Shown piece by piece: positions 49,959 through 60,383 of a DNA stretch of 64,000 bases (its first letter is position 1; each line of letters opens with the position of its first letter). The stretch is taken from the IMG/VR virus record IMGVR_UViG_3300014911_000002, positions 1 to 64,000 of that record. One strand, written 5' to 3'. The position numbers and the translations under genes were made by a program. This DNA comes from a virus. The notes beneath the pieces are model-generated. The model did no database searches. It was not told the origin of the DNA and worked only from the letters and a program-made list of their open reading frames with translations.

Positions 49959-50314
49959 TTTGGCATCTCTTCAATCTCCTTATAGGAAACATCAGAATCA
50001 CTTACAAGAATGGCAAAGCGTTTTTTTCGACCTAGTGGATATTCGATAATTATGTCATCGTAAGAAGGTGTGAAATAGATGTCGGGCTCTATTAGATTTC
50101 CATGATGAAGTCTATGAAAATATTCTTCCTTTATCATGTTATATCGTTGTTTCATCTTTTGTATCTCAAGTTCGGATACATCTTTCTCCTTCTTTATCTC
50201 TTCCAAATCCTTCCTGTATTTCTGTATTAAGAATGCCAGAGATGATATACTCATATCAGCCAAGAGTGTATCAAACGAGTATTGACTTTTCCTTCCTTTA
50301 GTCACACACATCAC
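49955..50314 (-). CDS. Hypothetical protein
   Basis: Operon packing. Confidence 0.55.
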   Translation of the reverse strand: MMCVTKGRKSQYSFDTLLADMSISSLAFLIQKYRKDLEEIKKEKDVSELEIQKMKQRYNMIKEEYFHRLHHGNLIEPDIYFTPSYDDIIIEYPLGRKKRFAILVSDSDVSYKEIEEMPK

Positions 50315-50417
50315 CGCCTACCAAGACAACCGATTAGGTCGCCTTTGCCCAGTCTCTTCCTCCATTTAGTATATATAAAGGAAAGAAAACTATAAATAGT
50401 TTTTGGTTTGGTTTCGA

Positions 50418-50889
50418 CTACAAAACATTTCCTAAAAACAATATTGAATATCCATAATTTGAAATATATAAATCTGAAACCACAAATGGTTGGGTTACGA
50501 TTAGAAAAGGCTTCTTTTGAAGCCAAAACCCATCTTCTTCTCGCAATCTTGCGCTCCATAATATAGTCTCTAAAACTATTCCATCAGGAGTCATTACAAA
50601 GTAGCTTCCCAACCTATCCATCACTATATCTATGTTCAGTTTGTTCAATATAATCTGAAATATAGTAATAAGCGATTCTTTAATCTCCTCAAAATCTGAA
50701 TAAATGATAAGTGTATCATCCTTATCTATCGTTCCCACATCGATTTTCGGTTCGAGATAGATAGTCGCATATACATCGTTATAGCCTCGCCCAATAATTA
50801 ATCGTGACTCTAATATCAAACCACTCTCTTCCTTTGAAAGTTTTATATATTCGGGACAGCCAAATACTGAATAAATTGCTCTTTTCATG
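50418..50889 (-). CDS. Hypothetical protein
   Basis: Operon packing; start approximate. Confidence 0.5.
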
Positions 50890-50892
50890 ATA

Positions 50893-51348
50893 TCAACCCA
50901 AAAAGATAACATTTATATTTTCTGCTTTGTTGCCTCTTTGCTGTGCTATAAATTTAATTGGCATAGAATAATTACCGAAGTTTGAAAAAGCTACTCCAAG
51001 CACAAGTGGTAATGCAAGAACACCATTCTCTTGCGATGAGCTTAAAATATGAACATGTTCTCGTTTGAAAAGCTTTATATCCCTAACTATAACATCAAAC
51101 CTTAAGGCACATTTAATCCCAACAATCCGCATCAATTTTTTAATATCTATATCCCGCACCCAAACTATCTCAAGGGGCTTATCACCCTCCAACGAACGCT
51201 TTGCAAACTCTCTATCGTATAAATAAATCCATTCGCCTTTAGGTTGAGATATGAAAAGAATGTTATTCGAAAGACCCAACCGTGTCCTGATTTCTTTCCC
51301 AGCACAATAAACAGTTATATCCTTTTTCCAATATACATCCTCTGTCAT
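50893..51348 (-). CDS. Hypothetical protein
   Basis: ATGA coupling. Confidence 0.55.
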   Translation of the reverse strand: MTEDVYWKKDITVYCAGKEIRTRLGLSNNILFISQPKGEWIYLYDREFAKRSLEGDKPLEIVWVRDIDIKKLMRIVGIKCALRFDVIVRDIKLFKREHVHILSSSQENGVLALPLVLGVAFSNFGNYSMPIKFIAQQRGNKAENINVIFLG

Positions 51349-51953
51349 ACTATCTCCCTAAAATATTTTGAAGAATTCTCTTTTATTGGAAACGGGACGA
51401 ATGATTTCCGAAGTGGCAGACCGTAAGAGTATTCTATTTGATATAATCCGATACCTTCAAGAGCTAATCCATTTAAATTCGAGGAATGTTCATCTATGAC
51501 ATCTATGACAGCAAAGAAACGAAATATATAAGTCAATAAGAGATTTGTTACTATTCTCCGAAGACCATCCCTTTCTTCTACAAGGGAGATGCTACTCGAT
51601 TCTTTTGAATAAATTTCCCCATCTGGTATAACGAAATGAACTGGGATATTTATTGAAGCTTTTGGTTGCAAATAAAAATTAAAGAGTTTTAAAGAATCAG
51701 CTAAAACATCTTTCCTAGTTGGAGGTTTTATATTAGATAGGAAGGTTGAAGGAACAGACACGTAAGGTTCACCTAAACTATCTTGGAATCCTAAATCAAT
51801 TCGTGATAAATGAACCAAGCCTCCATTCTTCTTTCGTTCTATTACATCAAGGCGTCGTTCAAGGAAACCCGTAATGTCTCTTTTGTTTAAATTATATTTG
51901 AACTCTTTATCAAGAAGGATAATACGTTTGCTCCTAAATTGTCTCCAGAACAT
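51345..51953 (-). CDS. Hypothetical protein
   Basis: Operon packing. Confidence 0.55.
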   Translation of the reverse strand: MFWRQFRSKRIILLDKEFKYNLNKRDITGFLERRLDVIERKKNGGLVHLSRIDLGFQDSLGEPYVSVPSTFLSNIKPPTRKDVLADSLKLFNFYLQPKASINIPVHFVIPDGEIYSKESSSISLVEERDGLRRIVTNLLLTYIFRFFAVIDVIDEHSSNLNGLALEGIGLYQIEYSYGLPLRKSFVPFPIKENSSKYFREIV

Positions 51954-51954
51954 A

Positions 51955-52188
51955 CTATCCCCGAATCAACGATTCTATATATTCTTTTTTATGTTTAAGC
52001 TTTCCATAATCGATGATAAGAACATTTTCCTTTCCATATTTCTCAATAAAATCTTCAAGGAAACGAGGATGACCGTCAATTTCTTTTGATAAAATATTAT
52101 TTCCTTCTCGCAATCCAATATCATAATAGTATTTACCCTCTGGAATCACAAAAATCTTCAATCTCATCATCATGTCATCCCACCTCAA
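51955..52188 (-). CDS. Hypothetical protein
   Basis: Operon packing. Confidence 0.5.
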   Translation of the reverse strand: MRWDDMMMRLKIFVIPEGKYYYDIGLREGNNILSKEIDGHPRFLEDFIEKYGKENVLIIDYGKLKHKKEYIESLIRG

Positions 52189-52625
52189 GGTTCTGGAATT
52201 CCTATCATCCGTTTAACCTCTTCAATTTCTGTCTCATCCAAAAATAACTCTAAAATTTCTTGCAATATGCTATTTTCGTGTGTCTCTTCTTTTTCCGCTT
52301 TAATGCCTTCAAGTAGGCGTTTAACCTTCGCTGGGGTCAAATATTTTTCTCCGAACTTCTTTATGTGCTTTGGGGCAAATAGTTTAGACGAAAAATTGGG
52401 GCATCTTCTTCCATCGCAATAATAAACTATTAGCTTTTTCCCATTCTTCAAATCAAAGACATCATATAGTTTTGGGCAATTATGGATGCTCTTTGCTGTG
52501 CAAAACGGATTCATTCGTATCGGGAGAGAACAGTGTCTTGCTGAACAACCGAGTAAGCTTCCAACGCAATAATCTTTAAATGAACAATCATCTTTATCTA
52601 TAATAACCCCAAACTTATATCCCAT
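52185..52625 (-). CDS. Cys-rich hypothetical protein
   Basis: Eight Cys in the N-terminal half. Confidence 0.55.
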   Translation of the reverse strand: MGYKFGVIIDKDDCSFKDYCVGSLLGCSARHCSLPIRMNPFCTAKSIHNCPKLYDVFDLKNGKKLIVYYCDGRRCPNFSSKLFAPKHIKKFGEKYLTPAKVKRLLEGIKAEKEETHENSILQEILELFLDETEIEEVKRMIGIPEP

Positions 52626-52629
52626 TTCA

Positions 52630-53256
52630 TCATCTCCCTTCAGAATTGGCAACCCTGAATTCTTCCAATAGAGGCACGGAAATGGCATCTAATGTCAGAT
52701 TGTCATCTGTGAAGACATCTTCTGGTTTGCATTTATAAATTTTCTCGAAGGTTTTTCTTAAGAAGGATTCCAGCTTTTTAATATCTTTTACAGAAGCCAG
52801 AGCATCTATAATATAATAGCCATCATCAAGATTCCAATCTCTTAAAAATCTAATCACTAATGAAGACTCTGGATTTGCCCTAACATCCATTTTCTTATTA
52901 AGTCTTACTCGTCTCAGTAATTGAATATCCCGAGTTATAAAGGAATCTGCGATTGAAATATCAATTTGATTCTCTAAAAGGTAAATGAAGCCTAAAACAT
53001 CAAGAATTCTTCCAGTTACATAAACATAAAGCATGTTATTCTCAAACGACGTTTTAACCTTTAGATTGGTGAGAATCTCATAGTATCGTGTCAGTTTCAG
53101 CACTTGTTCATTATGACCTATAAATATTGTCATAACGGTGATTTCCTTCTGCAAATCAAAATTCAGATGATTCAAACGTTCTAATGTATGTTCGAGTGGG
53201 GTATTATCCAACCACACCTTTCTTTTATTTTGCAGAAATAACATTTCAATCACCAA
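52630..53256 (-). CDS. Hypothetical protein
   Basis: Operon packing. Confidence 0.55.
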   Translation of the reverse strand: MVIEMLFLQNKRKVWLDNTPLEHTLERLNHLNFDLQKEITVMTIFIGHNEQVLKLTRYYEILTNLKVKTSFENNMLYVYVTGRILDVLGFIYLLENQIDISIADSFITRDIQLLRRVRLNKKMDVRANPESSLVIRFLRDWNLDDGYYIIDALASVKDIKKLESFLRKTFEKIYKCKPEDVFTDDNLTLDAISVPLLEEFRVANSEGR

Positions 53257-54236
53257 TATGACGTTATTTTAGAGTTAGACGTAATCCTCTTCTTTCTAGG
53301 GTCTTTAAGACCGTGAATTATTGCACATTCGAAACACTTCTTCTTTGAATCGTCATCATCCCAAAGAGCAAATTTTTCTTTGCCACAAATACTACAGCGA
53401 GAATAATCATCGTATTCATCGGAAGAAAAGATTTTGTAAATTTCATACACTTCATTTGTATAATTTTCGCAGGGAATTGCTTCAGAAACCTTATGGATGC
53501 CTTCAGATACTAATCCAATGAACTTTGGCTTGAGTTTATCTATAACCGTCTTATTAAGTTCTGAAACGAGGAATTTACCGAGCTTCGATTCTATATACCA
53601 AAGCCGTCTCGATTCCGTTCTGAATATTCTAATTTGAGAACCGCATACTTCTAATATAACACCAAAATCTAGAGTCAGGAAGCGTTTTAATGAATCCTTT
53701 TTCTTTTCAAGTAACATAAGTGCATTTGCAAGAACTTCTGTATCCGTTTCAGACTTAAACTTTACACCAAAGTATTCAGACATAAACAGCCGAAGCGGAG
53801 CTATATCTTCTACTGTGCCATTATGAAAATAGAGTCGTTTGTTTAGTATTATTGGATGAATGTTTCTTATATCCACGCTTCCAACGGATGCTCCTCTATG
53901 ATGAAGAATTGCAAAATGATATTTCCTCTCCATTATTGGCTTTACAAATCGTTTGAATGTTTCGTTCTTCTCCTTATAAAGGCGTTCATCAAAACCTAAA
54001 TAAGAGACCGCACCAACTTTTATTCTTGAAATAGCTCGCTCTTTGAGAAGCTCTTTCTTTGCTAATTCTTCGAGTTTAAATGGAAGACGCCGAATTAGAG
54101 TTCTATTCATCTTTTCATCGAAATACACGAATCCTACTCCATCATCTCCCCTATGCTTATTAGATAATGCAATTTCAAATAAAGTCTCTCCCTGCACTCC
54201 AGCATTTGATTCCAATACCGCAACTATTCCGCACAT
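53250..54236 (-). CDS. Class II (Ntn) glutamine amidotransferase-like protein with C-terminal Zn finger
   Basis: MCGIV, HRGDDGVG, HHRGAS, NIHP, FHNGT, SETDTE. Confidence 0.88.
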   Translation of the reverse strand: MCGIVAVLESNAGVQGETLFEIALSNKHRGDDGVGFVYFDEKMNRTLIRRLPFKLEELAKKELLKERAISRIKVGAVSYLGFDERLYKEKNETFKRFVKPIMERKYHFAILHHRGASVGSVDIRNIHPIILNKRLYFHNGTVEDIAPLRLFMSEYFGVKFKSETDTEVLANALMLLEKKKDSLKRFLTLDFGVILEVCGSQIRIFRTESRRLWYIESKLGKFLVSELNKTVIDKLKPKFIGLVSEGIHKVSEAIPCENYTNEVYEIYKIFSSDEYDDYSRCSICGKEKFALWDDDDSKKKCFECAIIHGLKDPRKKRITSNSKITSYW

Positions 54237-54237
54237 T

Positions 54238-55218
54238 TTAATCCCATCCACCTTTTAATGCTAATGCAAGAAATCCATTTATGTTTGAAGATAAGCCCAA
54301 TCTTTCTCTATATTCAAATTGAGTTTCTTTCGGGAAGTTGATACCGAAATATTCTGCAATCATTTCGCAAATATCCGAATTTAATCTCGCATTGAGAATT
54401 TTGTTAACACCATATCGCTGGTGCTCAACCAATAATCTTGTGAGATTTACAGCATCATAAGCCTTCTTCTTATCTGTTTCTATCAATCTTACAAATGGGT
54501 TATCATCCTTAATGTGAGATGCCACATTATAGGTTGCCTCAACTATGAATCTGAAGTGAGAAAACAAAGATGGTGTATCAAATATCCTTATTTCTATAGT
54601 CGCTGGTCTTTTTAATCGTTCTCGTGTATCTTCTGCCTGTGGTCTTCTATAAGCTATGTCGGCATATTTATTTCCGCCTCTTATAAAATTCTGAAATTCC
54701 AGATAAGGCTTGCCTATATGGCGAGAATCCAGTAACCTTTTTGACCCATGAATCAAGTCTATTTCAAAATTCTTTGTATGGTCTGCTATTGATAATGCAA
54801 ATGGGTAAATGCCCATAGCTCTTCTCCAATATTCTTGTTCCGTTGCTTTTGGATATGAAACATGAATATGCAATCCGCAGAACACTTGCCCATCTCTCAA
54901 TATAGAAGTGGCAGGAATTACAGCTATGCCTTGCTTAATGAAAACAGACCTAGCCTGTTTATAAAGTTGCTTTACTTCTTCTATCGCATCTTCAGGATTA
55001 TCAAACGGTCTGCTCCTTATCTCAAGTTGATATGGATAATAGTCTTTCCAGACTTGTCTCGGGAGATATTCTTCAAGGATTGCCATTACCTTCTCGTTGC
55101 TATCCACAAGGTGTTTAGATTGCAAATCAAAAAGAGTTAATTCAAGCTCCACCCCGATAGTTGTTTTTCTCCCTTTCCGCTCAAACCAATCTGAAAAATT
55201 TATTTCACGCATTTTCAA
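54238..55218 (-). CDS. Glutamate-cysteine ligase (GCS2)-like COOH-NH2 ligase
   Basis: TIGVELEL, QLEIRS, CGLHIHVS, TIEIRIFD. Confidence 0.85.
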   Translation of the reverse strand: MKMREINFSDWFERKGRKTTIGVELELTLFDLQSKHLVDSNEKVMAILEEYLPRQVWKDYYPYQLEIRSRPFDNPEDAIEEVKQLYKQARSVFIKQGIAVIPATSILRDGQVFCGLHIHVSYPKATEQEYWRRAMGIYPFALSIADHTKNFEIDLIHGSKRLLDSRHIGKPYLEFQNFIRGGNKYADIAYRRPQAEDTRERLKRPATIEIRIFDTPSLFSHFRFIVEATYNVASHIKDDNPFVRLIETDKKKAYDAVNLTRLLVEHQRYGVNKILNARLNSDICEMIAEYFGINFPKETQFEYRERLGLSSNINGFLALALKGGWD

Positions 55219-56593
55219 CCCTCAATTTTAATGCAGTCATTATCTGTATTAATTTATAGAGAGCATCCGAAGAATCTGATAACTCTATTTCAATACTCCA
55301 ATCTTTTCGTAAGCTTAATCCATATTTCTCAAATAAGCGTTTTATAAATGGTTTTTGCCCAAAGATTAATCTAACATACTCTGAAGAACCACCTCTTCCA
55401 CTTCTTATGAAATATATGGCTGTGCCTTCGAGGAAACGAGTAAAGTTTTCGATATTCTCCTTTAGCACATCTCTTGAATCTCTCCTAAATACATAACGAA
55501 GGGATGGAAGAATACTCTTTAATTCAGACATTCTGATTTCCAGAAGAACCTCTGCGGTATTTGGTTCGAAATATACGCATTCTTGTGCAAGCTGTTCATG
55601 TTCTGCAATACGATTATAAAGTATTGGTGAAGAAATTATCAACTCAATTATTCCATCTTCCCAAATCATAGCCTCAATGATATCATCTGGGCGATACTTT
55701 TTCCAATCATCCAATATACTTTTCAATTGCTCTAAATCTTCATCTTTAGTGTCTATTCCATCTAGAGTATCTGAACTACTGTAAGAACTATATGAATTTG
55801 GAAGACCTCTATAAGTGGTTACATTTACACTATAGCTTGTTTCAAATTCGCCTACTTCTTTTATGCCTTCCTCATCTATCATATAGATTGTGTTTTCCTT
55901 AATGTCTGGAATATCGGAATATCTCAATTTTTTATCATACACGTTATCAATATGCCTCTGTTCCGAAGCAAATAATAAACATCTGTTTCGTTTATCTATA
56001 TAATAGCATATTGGATTGCTATGGCGGAAGAGATAAACTGTTTCAGATTTCTTATGATATAGCCAGCAGGCATAAGAGCCCGATAACAGCTTTGTTGTTT
56101 CCTGAATAGCTTTCACAACATCTTTATATTTATCATAGAAATGCTGAATCAGATGAATAATAACTGCGGAATCACATTCTGATTCATAATCTAGCTTAAA
56201 CATTTCTTTGAGTTCCTTATCATTTGATATTGTGCCATTATGTGCCAGAATGAAATCCTTTGTCATAAATGGATGGTTATTCTCATTATTATCTGTTGAG
56301 CCAGATGTTGGTGCACGAGTATGACCAAGAAAGATGGAGACACCATCAAGAGAAATTTCGCCTTGTAAATCTTTGAAAAACGAAGTTACCGAGCCTTTTA
56401 TTTTAAACAAATGCCCCTTTATATCCTTTCGTTTTTCGGTTACATAATAATTATATTCTGGATTGAGAACATAGAATCCGAATGCACTTCTTCCACGAGA
56501 TTCAATCTCTTCAAGCAGTTTTATCGCCCTAATCTTCATACATTTTGGAAATTCGGTTTTGTCTAATCGTATTACTCCACAAATTCCACACAT
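55205..56593 (-). CDS. Class II glutamine amidotransferase domain protein
   Basis: MCGICG, SRGRSAFG, GHTRAPT, NNHPF, AHNGTISN, CDSAVI, GSYA. Confidence 0.92.
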   Translation of the reverse strand: MCGICGVIRLDKTEFPKCMKIRAIKLLEEIESRGRSAFGFYVLNPEYNYYVTEKRKDIKGHLFKIKGSVTSFFKDLQGEISLDGVSIFLGHTRAPTSGSTDNNENNHPFMTKDFILAHNGTISNDKELKEMFKLDYESECDSAVIIHLIQHFYDKYKDVVKAIQETTKLLSGSYACWLYHKKSETVYLFRHSNPICYYIDKRNRCLLFASEQRHIDNVYDKKLRYSDIPDIKENTIYMIDEEGIKEVGEFETSYSVNVTTYRGLPNSYSSYSSSDTLDGIDTKDEDLEQLKSILDDWKKYRPDDIIEAMIWEDGIIELIISSPILYNRIAEHEQLAQECVYFEPNTAEVLLEIRMSELKSILPSLRYVFRRDSRDVLKENIENFTRFLEGTAIYFIRSGRGGSSEYVRLIFGQKPFIKRLFEKYGLSLRKDWSIEIELSDSSDALYKLIQIMTALKLRVENA

Positions 56594-56749
56594 GTTTACA
56601 CCTTCCTTTCATATTGAATGCCTTTATACTTTCCATATCTCCTAGAAGACTTTATAACTCTCCAAGCTTCTCGCAAAGAATCAACTCCTAAAACATAAAC
56701 ACTTGATTCTTTACCGCTTTCATTTGTAAATCTGAATTTATACATCCTC

Positions 56750-56962
56750 TCACCGATATAATTTTGGTTTTGGAACTTTTTCTAGTAAATTTTCAAGAAC
56801 CGTAAGCACAAAATAAGGATAATTTTCTTTGGCATTCGTAAATGGTTGCATAGGAACTCTTACTTTAGCCTTTCTTGCACCACCGTCTGAATAAATCTCC
56901 TCTACAACGCCATGAATCTCTTTCCTATGTTTGAGGGAAACTATATCACCGACTTCAACCAT
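56750..56962 (-). CDS. Small SH3/KOW-like protein
   Basis: VEVGDIVSLK...GVVEEI. Confidence 0.55.
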   Translation of the reverse strand: MVEVGDIVSLKHRKEIHGVVEEIYSDGGARKAKVRVPMQPFTNAKENYPYFVLTVLENLLEKVPKPKLYR

Positions 56963-56966
56963 TATA

Positions 56967-57266
56967 TCACTCCAGAATTTGCTTTCTAATAAACTGTTTT
57001 AGTTCATCAAGAGCGTCTTTCTTTAACCTCTTCATTTCGCCAAAAAACATTCTATGGATGACCATTTCCATTAAAATATCCTTTCGCTGGGATATAGCTA
57101 CAGCCTCTGGAATACTGGGAGAAAACCAACATCGCATTAAAAATATCGGGTCATTATGAGAGACCATAATCCGACCATTGTCTTTCTCTAAAATCATCTT
57201 ATCGCCTTTCTTAACCACTTTTGCTTGCTTGAATTCTCCCTCGTTAGTTATATAGTATAAATCCAT
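56967..57266 (-). CDS. Hypothetical protein
   Basis: GGAGG RBS. Confidence 0.55.
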   Translation of the reverse strand: MDLYYITNEGEFKQAKVVKKGDKMILEKDNGRIMVSHNDPIFLMRCWFSPSIPEAVAISQRKDILMEMVIHRMFFGEMKRLKKDALDELKQFIRKQILE

Positions 57267-58345
57267 TTGTCTTCGCCTCCGTCCAACATATATTGAATCT
57301 CTTTATCATCATATTTAATCATCAACTGGCTAAACTGATGAATGCCATTCCCAAGTATGCGGGTCTTGTAATAATTAGTTATATGTGCTGGGTTAAAGAA
57401 ATATCTATAGCCTCCCCTTTCATAAATGCGTTTGATAATATAAAAGATGCTCTTCCTACAAAGAGGGAAATAGTTCTTGAGTCTCTTCGGTATATGTTTA
57501 ATTAGAATTCTCCTATAAATAGAAAGATAATCAAAAGCAGATTTTCTATCGCAATTGTTTATTATCTTTACAATCTCCTCATCTGTTGGTTCAGAAAGAA
57601 TTTCATCTCCTATCTTTGATAATGCAAGTTTAACAGCATTTCTAACTGAAGCCGTCATAACAGACACTAAAGGGGGAGCAATAATCCAGAAAGATGATGG
57701 TGTTCTATATTCGATGCCATGATTATTCAATCTATAGCATCCAGCTTGCCCATAATATTTTCTCCGTTGTCGTTCATCTTCGTATGGAGACAAGACGACT
57801 GATAATAGACCACCAAGTCTATCCATAAGCTTAATGGAATTCCTTAAAAACTCTAGTTTATTATCTTTCAGAATCTCGAGGAACACTATCCTATCTTTCA
57901 GACCTACATGAATATGCCCGCCTGCATATCGATAGAAATGTTTCCTTCCGTCTGGATAGGAGCGTTCCTCCGATGAATATAATATAGCATCTGGAGAACA
58001 TCCGAACCGTAAACATTCTTCATCGACATCTATGAGGTGTTCTGGCTTTATTCTTATTGTGGCTACTGGAAATATTTTGAAATCTTTAATTCCTAATTTT
58101 CGCCCCTTATGTTCAATTTTAGAAGATGCTTCCCGAATTATACCGCCCAAATCTGCCGTGAAAAGCTCCCTGCATGTATTCGGCGGTAAATTTATTTCCG
58201 CTTGAAAACCATCGAAAAAGATTTGATGCGATACGTTTCGCCTCTTTTTACCGAAAAACTTATCCGCACTTATAGGTTCATCATTTGCCAATATGAAAAA
58301 TTCTGGGTCTGCTCCCAAAAGCGGATTTGGTAATATTCCGTTCAT
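57248..58345 (-). CDS. phiEco32-like COOH-NH2 ligase type 2
   Basis: LGADPEFF, DGFQAEIN, FGCSPD, AGGHIHVG, RRKYYGQAGCYR, GIEYRTPSSFW. Confidence 0.88.
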   Translation of the reverse strand: MNGILPNPLLGADPEFFILANDEPISADKFFGKKRRNVSHQIFFDGFQAEINLPPNTCRELFTADLGGIIREASSKIEHKGRKLGIKDFKIFPVATIRIKPEHLIDVDEECLRFGCSPDAILYSSEERSYPDGRKHFYRYAGGHIHVGLKDRIVFLEILKDNKLEFLRNSIKLMDRLGGLLSVVLSPYEDERQRRKYYGQAGCYRLNNHGIEYRTPSSFWIIAPPLVSVMTASVRNAVKLALSKIGDEILSEPTDEEIVKIINNCDRKSAFDYLSIYRRILIKHIPKRLKNYFPLCRKSIFYIIKRIYERGGYRYFFNPAHITNYYKTRILGNGIHQFSQLMIKYDDKEIQYMLDGGEDKWIYTI

Positions 58346-58382
58346 AACATCACCAATTAAAAGAGAAAAAGAGGAAGGAGAG

Positions 58383-58706
58383 TTAGTTCTCCCCTTCCTC
58401 TTCTAGAGTCTCAGTTTCTATTACTTCATATCCCTGTTCTGTTAAATATTCTATAGCAGAAGATAAAGAGATTCCCTTCTTCTTCTTTATCTTGAGATTA
58501 ACTATCTCATCTTCTGGTGCTTTCTCCTTCAAGATATAATAAGTCTTTTTCTTTCCTTCGACCTTTTCAAACATATCGCTGTTCTCAAGAATATACCTAA
58601 CTATATCCACATCCTCTTCTAATGCTTCTGCTATTCCTTCGGCACTTCTCTTTTTATATTCCTTGTTGTTGAATTCCTCTATTATTTTATCTATCAGTTT
58701 TCCCAT
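58383..58706 (-). CDS. Putative wHTH DNA-binding protein
   Basis: RSAEGIAEALEED...VRYILE...FEKV. Confidence 0.5.
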   Translation of the reverse strand: MGKLIDKIIEEFNNKEYKKRSAEGIAEALEEDVDIVRYILENSDMFEKVEGKKKTYYILKEKAPEDEIVNLKIKKKKGISLSSAIEYLTEQGYEVIETETLEEEGEN

Positions 58707-58731
58707 ATTCCCACCCAAACCATCCTTTTAT

Positions 58732-59556
58732 TCAAGGATGGAGCGTCAAAGCTGGAAAAATAACATCTCTCCATCTAGGCAAACGTTTAATTGGTTCGCC
58801 CATCGGAAGAGAAGCATAAGCATCCCAATATTCATTAATGAAATCCAAACAGCGGGCAAAGACTTTAAGCCTATAATCCGAATCCATAGCTGGGGCTTTA
58901 TTGGCTTCTAAAACATAATACCTGTTATTCCATTTCATTATATCAATCGCTGTAAAATCTAATCCCAAAGCATCTGCGGTTTCTAATGCAAGAAGCACTA
59001 ATCTTCTATCCCAAGCAGAAAATCGCACATTCTTAAACACTGCACCATGCCTATGATTCCATCTTATCATATCTTCTCCTCTTTCTTTTTCTGCCACACC
59101 AATCACATAACGAAGTAGCACAAAGACTCGATATTCTTTATCTTTTGGAATGAATACGGAATAATAATCACATTTTGAGTTATACCGCAATAAATCTCGT
59201 ATGGTGCGTATAACATAGAAGTGTTTCCCTCCAAAATGATTTTTTGGTCTCCCTATAAGTGTTTTTCCCAATTTCAGCAGAGCTTTTGCTTCCTTTAGCG
59301 AATAAACTGTTATGGGAATTGAAATCCTTCTTTGTTGCAAAATCCTTCTTGCAGTCGCCTTATCTATCGAAATGGCTCTATTTGAATTAATGTAGGCATC
59401 TGCATTCGATGAAACATATACGCCATACCTAAATAGAATTCCATCTAATTTTTTCGGCACATCTCTAGCTTCATAAATTTTTACATCTGTATTCATTAAA
59501 TCGAAGAGTCTTGACAAATGCTTACTCCATTTCTGCCTCCTTGCAATAGTAATCAT
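58732..59556 (-). CDS. ATP-grasp ligase (RimK-like)
   Basis: IDK, EYRVFV, WNHRHG, LGLDFTAIDI, VLEANKAP. Confidence 0.85.
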   Translation of the reverse strand: MITIARRQKWSKHLSRLFDLMNTDVKIYEARDVPKKLDGILFRYGVYVSSNADAYINSNRAISIDKATARRILQQRRISIPITVYSLKEAKALLKLGKTLIGRPKNHFGGKHFYVIRTIRDLLRYNSKCDYYSVFIPKDKEYRVFVLLRYVIGVAEKERGEDMIRWNHRHGAVFKNVRFSAWDRRLVLLALETADALGLDFTAIDIMKWNNRYYVLEANKAPAMDSDYRLKVFARCLDFINEYWDAYASLPMGEPIKRLPRWRDVIFPALTLHP

Positions 59557-60362
59557 TCTTCAACCTCTTTATATTCGGGAATAAATTTACGAACATAATC
59601 GTAATTATCTCGCATGAATGCGACGATTCCTCTAAACAGAATGTGTTGCCAATCATCCTGTTTCAAAATCTTAAAGAGGTTACCTTTTTCAGCGGTGTTA
59701 TAAACAAAATCAAAGACCTTTAGATAATGCAAGTCCTTATCTGGTTGAGAGTTATATACTCTATCAGAGAGAAAATCCATAAATTCGGGGTCGATACTTT
59801 CCTTCAGTCTCCGCATAATATGTGTGAATATAAAGCGTAATGTTTCGATATCCTTCTCGGTGAATGCATCTCTTACATCATTCCCATCAATAAACTTAAA
59901 CACTTCCCTAAATGCTTTTCTATTATCTGGATGGCATGAGATTATAAGAGCCAATCGCAGTAAGCCAGCAACTATTGATATTACAGCTGAATGTCTAGCC
60001 AAAACTCTCCATGGAATTTTAATTTTAGCACCGTAATCGAATATGGAGAAATCAATATCAGTTTCTCCAATAGCAGAAGCTATATAAGCTATTGGTAAAG
60101 ATATAATTGCGATTTCAAAATCGTTTTTATTCTTCAAACGGTCTGGTAAACTAATAGACCAAGAACACTGCCTCGTAATTATTAAATGACCGTAACCATT
60201 AAGTCTATTCTGTTTCAATCTTCTTCTTATAAATCGTATAGCACTTTGTTGTATTAGAACCTCTCTGCATCCAAAAGTTGCCACAAACTCCTCAAGGTTT
60301 TTAGGCACGGTTCTGTCTGATTCTATGGTAAAGCCAATTCCATCCCATCTCTTTAATCTCAT
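59553..60362 (-). CDS. Hypothetical protein, possibly a degenerate ligase paralog
   Basis: C-terminal half loosely resembles the C-terminal half of 57248..58345. Confidence 0.55.
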   Translation of the reverse strand: MRLKRWDGIGFTIESDRTVPKNLEEFVATFGCREVLIQQSAIRFIRRRLKQNRLNGYGHLIITRQCSWSISLPDRLKNKNDFEIAIISLPIAYIASAIGETDIDFSIFDYGAKIKIPWRVLARHSAVISIVAGLLRLALIISCHPDNRKAFREVFKFIDGNDVRDAFTEKDIETLRFIFTHIMRRLKESIDPEFMDFLSDRVYNSQPDKDLHYLKVFDFVYNTAEKGNLFKILKQDDWQHILFRGIVAFMRDNYDYVRKFIPEYKEVEE

Positions 60363-60383
60363 ATTTGCACCTCTTTCTTATGA

